Shown piece by piece: positions 9,460 through 18,230 of a stretch of DNA of 64,000 nt. Origin of the DNA: an uncultured Gammaproteobacteria bacterium. GTDB lineage: Bacteria > Patescibacteriota > Microgenomatia > Levybacterales > GWA1-39-11. The stretch lies in the NCBI GenBank assembly GCA_964537315.1, contig CAZIAP010000003.1, positions 75,919-139,918 on the forward strand, written 5' to 3'. The notes under the pieces are model-generated. The model was given only the letters and a program-made list of their open reading frames with translations. It searched no databases and was not told the origin of the DNA. The stretch's first letter is position 1. Each line of letters starts with the position of its first letter. A program made the translations under genes and the position numbers.

Positions 9460-10467
9460 ATGTTTTCAAAAAGAATTGGAATTGATCTTGGTACAGCAAA
9501 TACGCTCGTATATGTAGCAGGTGAAGGTGTAATTTTAAATGAGCCTTCAGTTGTTGCAGTTAGAGCAGAAGACAATAAAGTCGTTGCGGTTGGACAAGAC
9601 GCCAAAGAAATGCTTGGACGTACACCCGGAAATATTGTAGCTACACGACCCCTTCGTGATGGGGTAATTGCTGACTACGCAATTACTCAGGCTATGCTAG
9701 GTTATTTTATTGACAAAGTAGCAGGCAGGTCGCGCTTCGTAAAGCCTGAAGTCATGGTGTGTATTCCGTCAGATATTACACAGGTAGAAAAAAGAGCTGT
9801 GCTTGATGCTACTATGGCTGCTGGAGCACGCGCTGTATATCTTATTGAAGAGCCTCTTGCTGCGGCAATTGGTGCAAAAGTACCCATAGCTCAGGCTGCA
9901 GGTCACATGATTTTGGATAGTGGAGGAGGAACTACAGATGTAGCAGTTATTTCACTAGGCGGAGTCGTAGTTCACACATCTGCACGGGTGGCAGGAAACA
10001 AACACGAAGAGTCAATATCGAATTATGCCCGTAAACGCTTCGGGTTGCTTATTGGCGAGCGTACGGCAGAAGAAATTAAGATAGAGATTGGAAATGCTTT
10101 ACCTGATCCTAAAAAACCGTTGAAAATGGAAGTAAGAGGCAGAGACAGTGTTACAGGGTTACCTCGCTCAATTGAGATGTCTGATATGGAGGTAGAGGAA
10201 GCACTTCAACCTGTCTTAAAGGCATTGGTTGGTGCAATCAAGGAAACATTTGAAAAAACTCCCCCTGAGCTTGCCTCAGATATCATTGATAAAGGGATCG
10301 TGCTAACAGGTGGAACGTCATTATTAAGAAACTTTGACAAATATGTTGCACGTGAAACAGGTGTCCCTGCATACGTAGCTGAGGACCCTCTTTACTGCGT
10401 CGTTCGCGGTACGGGAGTAGCTCTGGAAAATTTGGAGTTGTATAAGCGTTCAATTAGTAAAAGCTAG
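9460..10467 (+). CDS. mreB: rod shape-determining protein MreB
   Basis: MFSKRIGIDLGTANTLVYV... actin-fold phosphate motifs, conserved throughout. Confidence 0.95.
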   Translation: MFSKRIGIDLGTANTLVYVAGEGVILNEPSVVAVRAEDNKVVAVGQDAKEMLGRTPGNIVATRPLRDGVIADYAITQAMLGYFIDKVAGRSRFVKPEVMVCIPSDITQVEKRAVLDATMAAGARAVYLIEEPLAAAIGAKVPIAQAAGHMILDSGGGTTDVAVISLGGVVVHTSARVAGNKHEESISNYARKRFGLLIGERTAEEIKIEIGNALPDPKKPLKMEVRGRDSVTGLPRSIEMSDMEVEEALQPVLKALVGAIKETFEKTPPELASDIIDKGIVLTGGTSLLRNFDKYVARETGVPAYVAEDPLYCVVRGTGVALENLELYKRSISKS

Positions 10468-10578
10468 AGGATTATTTTATTAACTAATTTTACCGCTTGT
10501 GTAATGTTGAAACGGACAAGGTTTTTCACAACTTTCCACGAATTGTAAGAGGTGTCAGGTTTAAGAATAATCCTCTAG
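10464..10578. repeat. 13-bp perfect inverted repeat (CTAGAGGATTATT / AATAATCCTCTAG) enclosing 89 nt, immediately 3' of mreB
   Basis: Arms at 10464-10476 and 10566-10578 are exact reverse complements. The first arm includes the mreB stop codon. Confidence 0.6.
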
Positions 10579-10724
10579 CAAATAGGGGTAAAATTTTAAA
10601 TTTAAATTGATAAATTCGATATTAGGTTGATTTACCAATATAAATATCAGGGTAAATTAAGTATACATAATGCTTATATTTAAATTAGTATTACAATTAT
10701 AAAGCGCAAATAGTAATTAGCAAT

Positions 10725-11456
10725 ATGCTTAGTAACACAGAAATTCTAGGAGTAAATATAACTACTTCTTCAAAAGAAGAAGTTTTAGACTATATTATTA
10801 CAGGACTATCTAATAACTCTAAAAAAACTGTAATTGTTACCCCAAACCCTGAGCTTATCATGCTCTCCCAAAAGTCCAGCAAGTATAAAAACATACTAAA
10901 TCAGGCACAAGTTAGCCTCCCGGACGGAACAGGAGTAGTTTTAGCATCTAAGTTGCTTGATAAAGGAATACAAGTTAGGATTACGGGGGTAGATTTCATG
11001 AAAAGTATATGTGAAAATGTTTCAAAAGAGCTTGTAAACATAGGCCTTTTTGGAGCACAGCCAGGAGTAGCAGAGAAGGCAGCTGACTGCTTGCGTAAAA
11101 TGTACCCCGGAATTAAGATAGTTTATGCCTCTGATCTACCACCTTCTTCTCGTAACCACCTTCCTAAAATTCATATTCTATTTGTAGCTTTAGGTTCTCC
11201 AAAACAAGAACAGTGGATAAGTGATCATATTGATGAAATACCCGCTAAAGTAATTATGGGAGTAGGTGGTGCGTTTGACATGATAAGTGGAAAAGTGAGA
11301 AGAGCACCAGGCATTTTTCAAAGACTCGGACTCGAGTGGCTATGGAGACTAGTGATTCAACCATGGCGTCTGAAGAGACAGTTAAGATTATTAGGGTTTG
11401 TTTGGCTGGTTTGCAAAGAAAAATTTAGTCGGAGCAATCCTACAGGTATAAAATAA
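10725..11456 (+). CDS. WecB/TagA/CpsF family glycosyltransferase
   Basis: ILGVNI...VTPNPELIM...LPDGTGVV...GAFD family-typical motifs. Confidence 0.85.
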   Translation: MLSNTEILGVNITTSSKEEVLDYIITGLSNNSKKTVIVTPNPELIMLSQKSSKYKNILNQAQVSLPDGTGVVLASKLLDKGIQVRITGVDFMKSICENVSKELVNIGLFGAQPGVAEKAADCLRKMYPGIKIVYASDLPPSSRNHLPKIHILFVALGSPKQEQWISDHIDEIPAKVIMGVGGAFDMISGKVRRAPGIFQRLGLEWLWRLVIQPWRLKRQLRLLGFVWLVCKEKFSRSNPTGIK

Positions 11457-11617
11457 TAATTTTTCTCACTACAGTATTTCAGTTCATCTCTACGTACTTT
11501 CTATACTAGATATTACAATTAATCTTAATTAAATTGTTTTCTTACAAACTAGTGCTTGACAAGTATAGATGGACTTTGCTACGCTGGTATATAGTTAAGT
11601 CATACTTAATATCCTTT

Positions 11618-11830
11618 ATGTCTAATCAAAAAGTATCAATTGAAGACTTACCCGATCTTCTCACAGTTAGAGAAGTAGCTGACCTTCTCCGGGTTTCTCC
11701 TCTGACGATAAAGCGATGGGGCAAAAGAGGAAAACTTCCAGCTATTCGTATTAACTCTCGCGGTGATCGTCGATATAAAAAAGAAGCAGTTCTTTACCTC
11801 CTAGGTATCCAGCAGAAAAGCGATATCTAA
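11618..11830 (+). CDS. helix-turn-helix DNA-binding protein, excisionase/MerR-like family (about 70 aa)
   Basis: LLTVREVADLLRVSPLTIKRWGKRGKLPAIRINSRGDRRYKKEAV matches the excisionase-family HTH. The start is uncertain; the track ORF begins at a TTG at 11534. Confidence 0.6.
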   Translation: MSNQKVSIEDLPDLLTVREVADLLRVSPLTIKRWGKRGKLPAIRINSRGDRRYKKEAVLYLLGIQQKSDI

Positions 11831-11946
11831 AATTTCTGATTTCTCGTTAAAGTGTATTAATTTTGTCAGGATATTGACAAGCTATATCTTAATTTACATA
11901 TTAAACTTCTTGATTAGGTATTGTTTTATAAGAAGGGAGTAGCGCG

Positions 11947-12267
11947 GTGACGTGCGCTTTCATATCTCAAACGAGGAAAGAGGAGTTAAACCAGCTCCAA
12001 CTTTTTTTTGAGATCGACCCTGATCGAGAGTTTGCAACCTATGAAGTCGGATGTGTCACCATGTCGTGGTATCGATTTAGGACTGCCTATTTTATCAAGC
12101 TTAAAATAGAGCTAGGAGAAAAAACAGAGCACGAACTGGTTAATCCGTTATTATTGCGTCTTGTGAGGTATGATCCATACAGTGAGTTAGATGCAGTAGT
12201 TCCTGAAAGCGGAGCAATTTGCTTTGTAGCTGACTCACCTGGGCAGTATGGGTTTCGACTTCTTTAA
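11947..12267 (+). CDS. hypothetical protein (106 aa)
   Basis: ORF followed 11 nt downstream by a strong intrinsic terminator. Confidence 0.5.
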   Translation: MTCAFISQTRKEELNQLQLFFEIDPDREFATYEVGCVTMSWYRFRTAYFIKLKIELGEKTEHELVNPLLLRLVRYDPYSELDAVVPESGAICFVADSPGQYGFRLL

Positions 12268-12278
12268 GAACAATTATT

Positions 12279-12308
12279 CCCCTGCCAATAAAGGCAGGGG
12301 ATTTTTCT
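12279..12308 (+). terminator. Rho-independent terminator
   Basis: CCCCTGCC-AATAAA-GGCAGGGG hairpin followed by ATTTTTCT. Confidence 0.75.
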
Positions 12309-12386
12309 ATCAAGATTTGACTTAATTAATAATACTAATGTGCCTATAAGTAATAGTATGATTGGGTAAAAATAAACCCATAGCAA

Positions 12387-12415
12387 TTGAGATATACGAT
12401 CAAATTTGCTATAAT
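12387..12415 (+). promoter_or_regulatory. sigma70-type promoter (TTGAGA-17-TATAAT with TGc extended -10)
   Basis: TTGAGA at 12387-12392, 17-nt spacer, TATAAT at 12410-12415 preceded by TGC. Confidence 0.5.
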
Positions 12416-12510
12416 CCCAAGCATATCTATAATGCTAGCGTGCTTTTATTTTGAGCATGGTTGAGCGTTTAGGTACTTTAAAAAGCGGTAGCTCTGGGAA
12501 GGAGCAGTCG

Positions 12511-12954
12511 ATGCAGATCTTGGAATCACCCAAACCCGACACACTGCTTGCGTGGTTAATTCCCATTAGTATCGGATTAACAATGGTCGTACTGGCATTC
12601 ATTTTTGAATACCTGACTCCTCGATTGATTCCGGCATTAGCTAGTGCGAGGAAGGGAAAGACTGTGCTTGCTTTTTCAACCAGTCACGCCAATGGAGGAT
12701 CAGCTATTGAGACTCTTGCTTATGATCTGGTCAAGCGTCTTGTAAACCGTTATCCTCAGGATATTGTGAAAGTTCCGATAGGAGATGTTCTTACTCAGGG
12801 AGAATTGGGATTAATCTGTTCGAACAGGTTAGGTTTTGCGAGGGCAGTAGATCGGTATGCTTATGAAGTAGGCCGAAAAGCCTACTTTGAGGAAACTGGT
12901 TTAGGAACGACAGAGTCTATATATTGGATAAGGCTTGGTCTACCACTAGACTAA
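12511..12954 (+). CDS. hypothetical membrane protein
   Basis: Start placed at the ATG at 12511, preceded by GGAAGGAG RBS 7 nt upstream. The track ORF starts at 12451. One TM helix near the N-terminus. Confidence 0.6.
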   Translation: MQILESPKPDTLLAWLIPISIGLTMVVLAFIFEYLTPRLIPALASARKGKTVLAFSTSHANGGSAIETLAYDLVKRLVNRYPQDIVKVPIGDVLTQGELGLICSNRLGFARAVDRYAYEVGRKAYFEETGLGTTESIYWIRLGLPLD

Positions 12955-13181
12955 CCGCATATTTCATTTCCCGGTTGTCCAAAATGGAGAGCCGGGAAAA
13001 TATCTCATAACATCCATTATTCTTTTTTTAGTTATCTATACTTCAATCCAGCTAACAAAAATATAAGTCGCATTTTCTTCCAAAATCTCATAATCAATTT
13101 ATAAGATATGAGTTACCTTTTATTAATTAAGTAAACTTGAGTGGCAAATACTGCACAAGTCACGCACAGGTAGCAAATTAA

Positions 13182-13222
13182 AAAGTCAAAATTCAGAAGT
13201 CAAAACTACAAGTCAGAGATCA
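13182..13222. repeat. three tandem about 13-bp direct repeats AAGTCA(A/G)A..
   Basis: AAGTCAAAATTCAG / AAGTCAAAACTAC / AAGTCAGAGATCA, just 3' of uppP. Confidence 0.4.
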
Positions 13223-13238
13223 AAAATGAAATTACAAT

Positions 13239-14012
13239 TTATAGAAGGATGAAGAGAAAAAAGAGAATAGAAAGAACAATCCTATAGATACCGAATGGAA
13301 TAAATGTATTCGTCTGAATAAATTTAAGTAGCCATCGCATTGTCACTAATGCAACACCAAATGAGAGGACTACGCCTAGTCCTAAATGCATCAAATTTTG
13401 CTGTGTCAGTACGTGCGTTGATTGGAGCATGTCGTAACCGCTAGCTGCAATCATTGTAGGTATGGCAAGCATAAAAGAGAATTCTACTGCTGAGCGACGA
13501 TTTAGTCCAAGCAAAAGTCCTCCCATGATGGTAGCCGCAGCTCGTGATACTCCGGGGATAACTGATATGGACTGGAAGAGTCCTATGAAAAATGCTTCAC
13601 GTACAGTTATTGTTTTGAGTGTTAGCTTGGTGCCTTTTTCCTCACCGATCTTTTTTTCAAGTAGAATCAGAGCGATACCTCCGATAAATAACGCTGCCAC
13701 CGTTATATACTCATTACCTATTAGTATATTTTTTATGATGCTGTATCCGGCAAACCCCACAATTGCAGCAGGAACAAAAGCTACCACTAACTTATTCAGT
13801 AGGCCTCGATTTTGAATAATCATTTTACCGTACAAAAATACGGCAGCAAGTATGGCTCCAAGCTGTATTACTACTACAAATGTTTTTACGAAATCAGTTT
13901 GTTCAACGCCTAGAAGTTTAGTAGTTAATACTAAGTGTCCTGTAGACGAGATAGGCAAGAACTCGGTGACTCCTTCAACGATTGAAAGAATTATAACGTC
14001 TAATAAGTCCAT
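13239..14012 (-). CDS. uppP: undecaprenyl-diphosphatase UppP (BacA)
   Basis: MDLLDVIILSIVEGVTEFLPISSTGHL signature; polytopic membrane protein. Confidence 0.9.
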   Translation of the reverse strand: MDLLDVIILSIVEGVTEFLPISSTGHLVLTTKLLGVEQTDFVKTFVVVIQLGAILAAVFLYGKMIIQNRGLLNKLVVAFVPAAIVGFAGYSIIKNILIGNEYITVAALFIGGIALILLEKKIGEEKGTKLTLKTITVREAFFIGLFQSISVIPGVSRAAATIMGGLLLGLNRRSAVEFSFMLAIPTMIAASGYDMLQSTHVLTQQNLMHLGLGVVLSFGVALVTMRWLLKFIQTNTFIPFGIYRIVLSILFFLFILL

Positions 14013-14132
14013 GAGATTATTGTAGCAGAAAGCGTTAAATTGACCTAATTAACCTAAGTACTCTAATTGACCTAAATAAGCACAAATACGTAAATTTTGT
14101 TATTAGATAATTGGGATTTGTTTAGAAATTAG

Positions 14133-14148
14133 TCCGCCAGCTGGCGGA
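14133..14148. repeat. 16-bp perfect palindrome TCCGCCAGCTGGCGGA (copy 1 of 3)
   Basis: Exact reverse-complement symmetry. GC-rich island in AT-rich intergenic DNA. Confidence 0.7.
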
Positions 14149-14608
14149 TTAGGAATTAGAAATTTATAATGTAATAGCTCGGTAAGACCAACTAAATGAT
14201 TCATTAATTAACGTTGATACATATTTTGATATGGATGATGATTCTTGACAGAAATGACCTACAAGCCTATACTGGAGACGCTCTTAAGTGGTGTGAGGAG
14301 ACATGGTATGTTTTCCTCTACATATTTCTCTGAGCTTGGGGTATTTCTCGGTTTTTTCGGGAGAGACGAGATGATTTGTGTATCACCCCGTGGGGTAATG
14401 CCAGCATCTTCCCGATTAAAGTACAGGGGAATCTCCATGAATCTGACCCTCTTAGGAGCGGGATTTATTCATTACGTAAGCTGCCTTAACTAATATTAAA
14501 CCGCAAAAGCCGCAAGCTTCTCTCTTTTTATTGATTTTTGATACAATACAGTAATTCGCCGACCTTGCTCATTTATAAGCTAGGTAAGCGTGTAAATTAA
14601 AATTATGC

Positions 14609-14683
14609 GCCGATGTAACTCAGGGGTAGAGTAGCTCTTTCGTAAAGAGCAAGTCGTGGGTTCGAATCCCACCATCGGCTCCA
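14609..14683 (+). tRNA. tRNA-Thr(CGT): tRNA-Thr (anticodon CGT)
   Basis: Cloverleaf: acceptor GCCGATG/CATCGGC, anticodon arm GCTCT-TTCGTAA-AGAGC, T-arm GTGGG-TTCGAAT-CCCAC, 3' CCA encoded. Confidence 0.85.
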
Positions 14684-14703
14684 CTCGTAATAGTCCTATA
14701 ATA

Positions 14704-14732
14704 TAGATATTTTGCCTACTTTATGCTATAAT
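14704..14732 (+). promoter_or_regulatory. candidate promoter (TAGATA-17-TATAAT, TGc extended -10)
   Basis: Perfect -10 with TGC immediately upstream. Drives a transcript towards the small ORF at 14873. Confidence 0.45.
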
Positions 14733-14872
14733 TTATCCTATGTTTGAGCTGTAGTGAGCATTCAGATGCTTAAACCAGCTGAACACCGTTCATTGACTTA
14801 AAGCTAAGGAAGGAGTTACTGACTGTATCTGTGGTCTAGATCGTCCCTTGAAGTTCAGACTAGGAGAATTAC

Positions 14873-15052
14873 ATGTTGAAAAACTTCATTAGAGTGTTGG
14901 GAAACGTACTGGAAGTAGTTTTTTCCATTCTTTTCTTTATCATTGCGGTTATCGTGGGACTATTTATTTTCGTGATTGTTGATCCTCTCAAAGGTGGGAA
15001 GATCAGCTTTTGGTACGAGGAGAAAATATTCTACGGCAGCTCAGGTTATTAA
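14873..15052 (+). CDS. small membrane protein (59 aa), below the track ORF cutoff
   Basis: ATG preceded by AGGAGAATTAC RBS. Hydrophobic core. Followed immediately by a strong terminator. Confidence 0.5.
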   Translation: MLKNFIRVLGNVLEVVFSILFFIIAVIVGLFIFVIVDPLKGGKISFWYEEKIFYGSSGY

Positions 15053-15058
15053 TATACA

Positions 15059-15107
15059 CCCCGTCTTCAGTGGAAACCCCACTGGAGGCGGGGTTTTCTT
15101 TTTTACT
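15059..15107 (+). terminator. Rho-independent terminator (15-bp stem then TTTTCTTTTTTACT)
   Basis: CCCCGTCTTCAGTGG / CCACTGGAGGCGGGG pair with two G-U wobbles, followed by a T-run. Confidence 0.8.
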
Positions 15108-15913
15108 CATCTAATACTATAACAATATCGCTTTCCACGACGGTGTTAGCGCTTCATTCATTTCACAAACTTAAACTATTGTCATTTTCACACCTGTTCT
15201 ACTTTTTTTCGTAATTTGGTAAGGATTTTGATTGATTTGCAGAAACTCTTACATTTAGCATGATCAAGCTTAAATTAGCCTCAAAAATCGTCAAAATATA
15301 TGTATACAAAAATAGTACAAAATGGCATTTGACCCCTTGACAAGCCTAGTGGCATATGGTTAATTATCTATACGAGGCTAACTTTTCACAAAGTCCTCTA
15401 AAAGTACTTAACTAGAAATATGAAAAAACTAAACGTACTGTTCACAAATTTTCTAAAACGGCGTGTCGCAGACGTTTCAGGCTTTTTCCAGTTGTGGATC
15501 ATTGTTCCATAATTGATAAGAGCGGGAAATGTCAGGTTAGTATATCGCGTGGCAGGAATTACGATATACAAATTAATAACAAAACGCTTTTGAAATAGGA
15601 TATGGCTGTTTGGGGAGAAGTTCGGGCTCCCCAAGCGGCAATTTTCTCGCCAAGGTGAGAATATCCGGTGATAAATAATACCCGTTGCACCTTGTACCTA
15701 CCGCCGTGTAGGGGCCCTGCAGAGCAGGGCATGTAAAATAATCCTCCTCTGGAGGACTTCGCTTATCTAAAAACAAGATAAGCTTCTTCAGATATGTCCT
15801 GATTTTTTTCAGGATCCGCTAAATAATATAAAAAATGACGCATGGAATTTGCGGAGGTTTTTTGCTACAATCATGCAGCATAACCCTTCGCGTATTTGTG
15901 TTGCTGAAATCAA

Positions 15914-15985
15914 GCCGAGATAGCTCAGCGGTAGAGCAGCTGTTTTGTAAACAGCAGGCCCGGGGTTCGATACCCCGTCTCGGCT
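15914..15985 (+). tRNA. tRNA-Thr(TGT): tRNA-Thr (anticodon TGT)
   Basis: Acceptor GCCGAGA/TCTCGGC, anticodon arm GCTGT-TTTGTAA-ACAGC, T-arm CGGGG-TTCGATA-CCCCG. Preceded by a TGcTACAAT extended -10. Confidence 0.85.
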
Positions 15986-16045
15986 CCCAAAAAAACATAT
16001 TATTCCATTGAATAGACTTTTAATGTGTGATAGTATGACAGTGGA

Positions 16046-17095
16046 ATGGAAATTAGGACGGGAATAACATTTGATGATGTCCTGCTTGTTCCTCAAGAAA
16101 CCTCTCTTCGCTCAAGAAGCGAAGTAGACTTATCCACTCAACTCACCAAAAAAATAACACTCAAAACACCAATCATATCCGCGAATATGGATACGGTTAC
16201 CGAAAGCAGAATGGCTATTGCTATGGCTCAGTTAGGAGGTATAGGGTTTATTCATCGTTTTATGACTGTCACGAGTCAGGTAAAAGAGGTCATGAAAGTA
16301 AAAAAAGAAAATCTTCCTGTAGGAGCTGCTATCGGGGTTAAGGGAGATTACGTTGAACGCGCAGATGCGCTTCTTAATGCAGGCTGCGATGTTTTGGTAA
16401 TAGATATAGCGCATGGTCACAGCATTCAGTTAATAGAGGCATTATCGTTGCTTAAATCAAAGTTTAAGGACTCCCAGATTGTGGCAGGAAATATTGCGAC
16501 CGGAAAAGCTGCTGAAGACTTAATCTCTGCAGGAGCTGATTGTTTAAAGGTTGGTATCGGTCCGGGCGCTTTTTGTACTACACGAATAGTAACTGGCGCA
16601 GGTATGCCTCAGTTGACGGCAATCATGGATATTGCTGAAGTTTCGCGTAAACATAATATTCCAATTATTGCTGATGGTGGTATCAGATACAGTGGAGATA
16701 TTGTTAAAGCGTTGGCTGCGGGAGCTTCGACGGTAATGATGGGAAGCAGACTTGTAGGGTGCGAAGAGAGCCCGGCTCCTTTAATTGAAATAGAGGGAGT
16801 AATATATAAACACGGAAGAGGTATGGCTTCTACTGCTGCAAATCAAGCAAGGTCTGAAAAAGACGAGTCTATCTCTATCGATATTGAGAGCTACACTCCT
16901 GAGGGAGTAGAAGGTAGCGTTGCTTACATCGGTCCTGTCAAGCAGTTACTTGAAAAGTATCTAGGAGGAATAAAATCGGGGTTTTCTTATTGTGGTGCAA
17001 GAAACTTTGACGAGCTATGGAGTAGAGCCGAGTTTGTGCAGATTACCGCGAACGCTCTTGTGGAATCTCACCCTCATGATGTGCTCGTAAAATAA
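16046..17095 (+). CDS. IMP dehydrogenase/GMP reductase family enzyme without CBS domains (GuaC-like)
   Basis: [17 protein letters not shown] and catalytic-loop [17 protein letters not shown] motifs. 349 aa is typical of GMP reductase or CBS-less IMPDH. Confidence 0.8.
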   Translation: MEIRTGITFDDVLLVPQETSLRSRSEVDLSTQLTKKITLKTPIISANMDTVTESRMAIAMAQLGGIGFIHRFMTVTSQVKEVMKVKKENLPVGAAIGVKGDYVERADALLNAGCDVLVIDIAHGHSIQLIEALSLLKSKFKDSQIVAGNIATGKAAEDLISAGADCLKVGIGPGAFCTTRIVTGAGMPQLTAIMDIAEVSRKHNIPIIADGGIRYSGDIVKALAAGASTVMMGSRLVGCEESPAPLIEIEGVIYKHGRGMASTAANQARSEKDESISIDIESYTPEGVEGSVAYIGPVKQLLEKYLGGIKSGFSYCGARNFDELWSRAEFVQITANALVESHPHDVLVK

Positions 17096-17099
17096 TAAA

Positions 17100-17142
17100 G
17101 CGCCGCAGGTATACTACGGCGCGGTGTTGCACTATTTTTTAT
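17100..17142 (+). terminator. possible terminator after the IMPDH-family gene
   Basis: GCGCCGCAG-GTATA-CTACGGCGC hairpin; the T-run starts 12 nt downstream (weak). Confidence 0.4.
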
Positions 17143-17322
17143 CTGTGGCTTCTGATTCCTCAGCAATTTTTTCTGTCTCAGCTAGTAACTGATCCTGACT
17201 TTTTTCGTACTCTGGCATCTGCCAGTCCTTCTCGTTGAAAGGATCCTTCGGCTCGTGGTTTTTGAATGCCTCATCAAAAATTTCATTGAGCCTATTTGGC
17301 ATTTCTTTGTCCTTTCTGTAAT

Positions 17323-17703
17323 CTAATCACAATATAGATCACGCAATACATCTTTAGCTGCTACATAGCAACTAGACGAGACCAGGAGACGGTAGAAGTC
17401 CCATGTTTGGCGCAAAATTCTTTCACTTTCCTCTGATTCCTCAGCGATAACCTTAATCGTTTGCTTAATAATAGACTCACTTTCATTCAGGTTGTTGCGC
17501 GTTTTAGCGCTTATCCCTTTGAAGTCCTTAGAATAAAGTAGCAAAATGGCAGCCAATTCAAGTGTGGATATTGAACCTCCTACTTTTCTATATAGATAGT
17601 TACGAAAGTCTAGAGACATTCCCATTATGTTTGTTAGTTTTTTAGGAGTCTCATCTGTAATCACAACTTCTTCAAGATTAGTGATCATAGTTAGAAGATG
17701 CAT
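17323..17703 (-). CDS. hypothetical protein (126 aa)
   Basis: ORF only. Confidence 0.45.
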   Translation of the reverse strand: MHLLTMITNLEEVVITDETPKKLTNIMGMSLDFRNYLYRKVGGSISTLELAAILLLYSKDFKGISAKTRNNLNESESIIKQTIKVIAEESEESERILRQTWDFYRLLVSSSCYVAAKDVLRDLYCD

Positions 17704-18056
17704 TTGGTTTCCTTCCTACTAAGTCAAAGTGCAATGGGTGAATTATAGCAGATAAGTAAAATTTGTGGTTAATATACACAACTAAGCCTAGAGCAAATTA
17801 TAAAATCCTATAATAAAAACTTGTCCACATGCAATTCACAGTCCTGGAGTAAATACGTGAATTGAGGCTAAAATAGTACTATGAGATTTATTAAAGTGGG
17901 TTTCGTTGTAAAAAACATACATTTACTTCACTTTGAAGGCTAAATTTAGTAGAATACATAATTAGTATTTTTATCTAGTATTAATTGTCATGACAAAATT
18001 AATAGAAGATTTTCCTCTATTTACCCAATAACATATACTAGTAGGTACTGATCTTT

Positions 18057-18141
18057 GCCTGGATGGCGGAGTAGTCAATCGCACCAGACTGTAAATCTGG
18101 CACCCGTTTGGGTTACCTAGGTGCAAATCCTAGTCCAGGCA
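18057..18141 (+). tRNA. tRNA-Tyr(GTA): tRNA-Tyr (anticodon GTA), long variable arm
   Basis: Acceptor GCCTGGA/TCCAGGC, anticodon arm CCAGA-CTGTAAA-TCTGG, type-II variable arm. The T-loop reads TGCAAAT (non-canonical position 55). Confidence 0.75.
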
Positions 18142-18158
18142 CATTATTATGTTGTACT

Positions 18159-18230
18159 GCCCTGATGGCTCAGTGGTAGAGCGCGTTCTTGGTAAGAACG
18201 AGGTCGCGGGTCCGATTCCCGCTCGGGGCT
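18159..18230 (+). tRNA. tRNA-Thr(GGT): tRNA-Thr (anticodon GGT)
   Basis: Acceptor GCCCTGA/TCGGGGC (one G-U), anticodon arm CGTTC-TTGGTAA-GAACG. The T-loop reads TCCGATT (non-canonical position 55). Confidence 0.75.

Noticed and set aside
11557-11600. TTGACA ... TGGTATATAGT as a promoter for the HTH gene
   Set aside because: The spacer between TTGACA and the TATATA element is about 26 nt, too long for a sigma70 promoter. It would also fall inside the track ORF.
14245-14493. 82-aa + strand ORF in the uppP/tRNA-Thr intergenic region
   Set aside because: No RBS and an odd composition. It lies in a region better explained as promoter and non-coding DNA.
15611-15632. GAAGTTCGGGCTCC resembling the RNase P RNA P4 5' strand (GAAAGTCCGGGCTCC)
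   Set aside because: No matching P4 3' strand (ACAGAANCCGGCTTA-like) and no P10-P12 elements within plausible distance. Kept only as a generic ncRNA candidate.
15398-16096. Three small minus-strand ORFs (78, 67 and 95 aa) across the hairpin-rich region and the tRNA-Thr(TGT) gene
   Set aside because: They overlap a tRNA gene and a probable ncRNA. There are no start signals. They are likely spurious.
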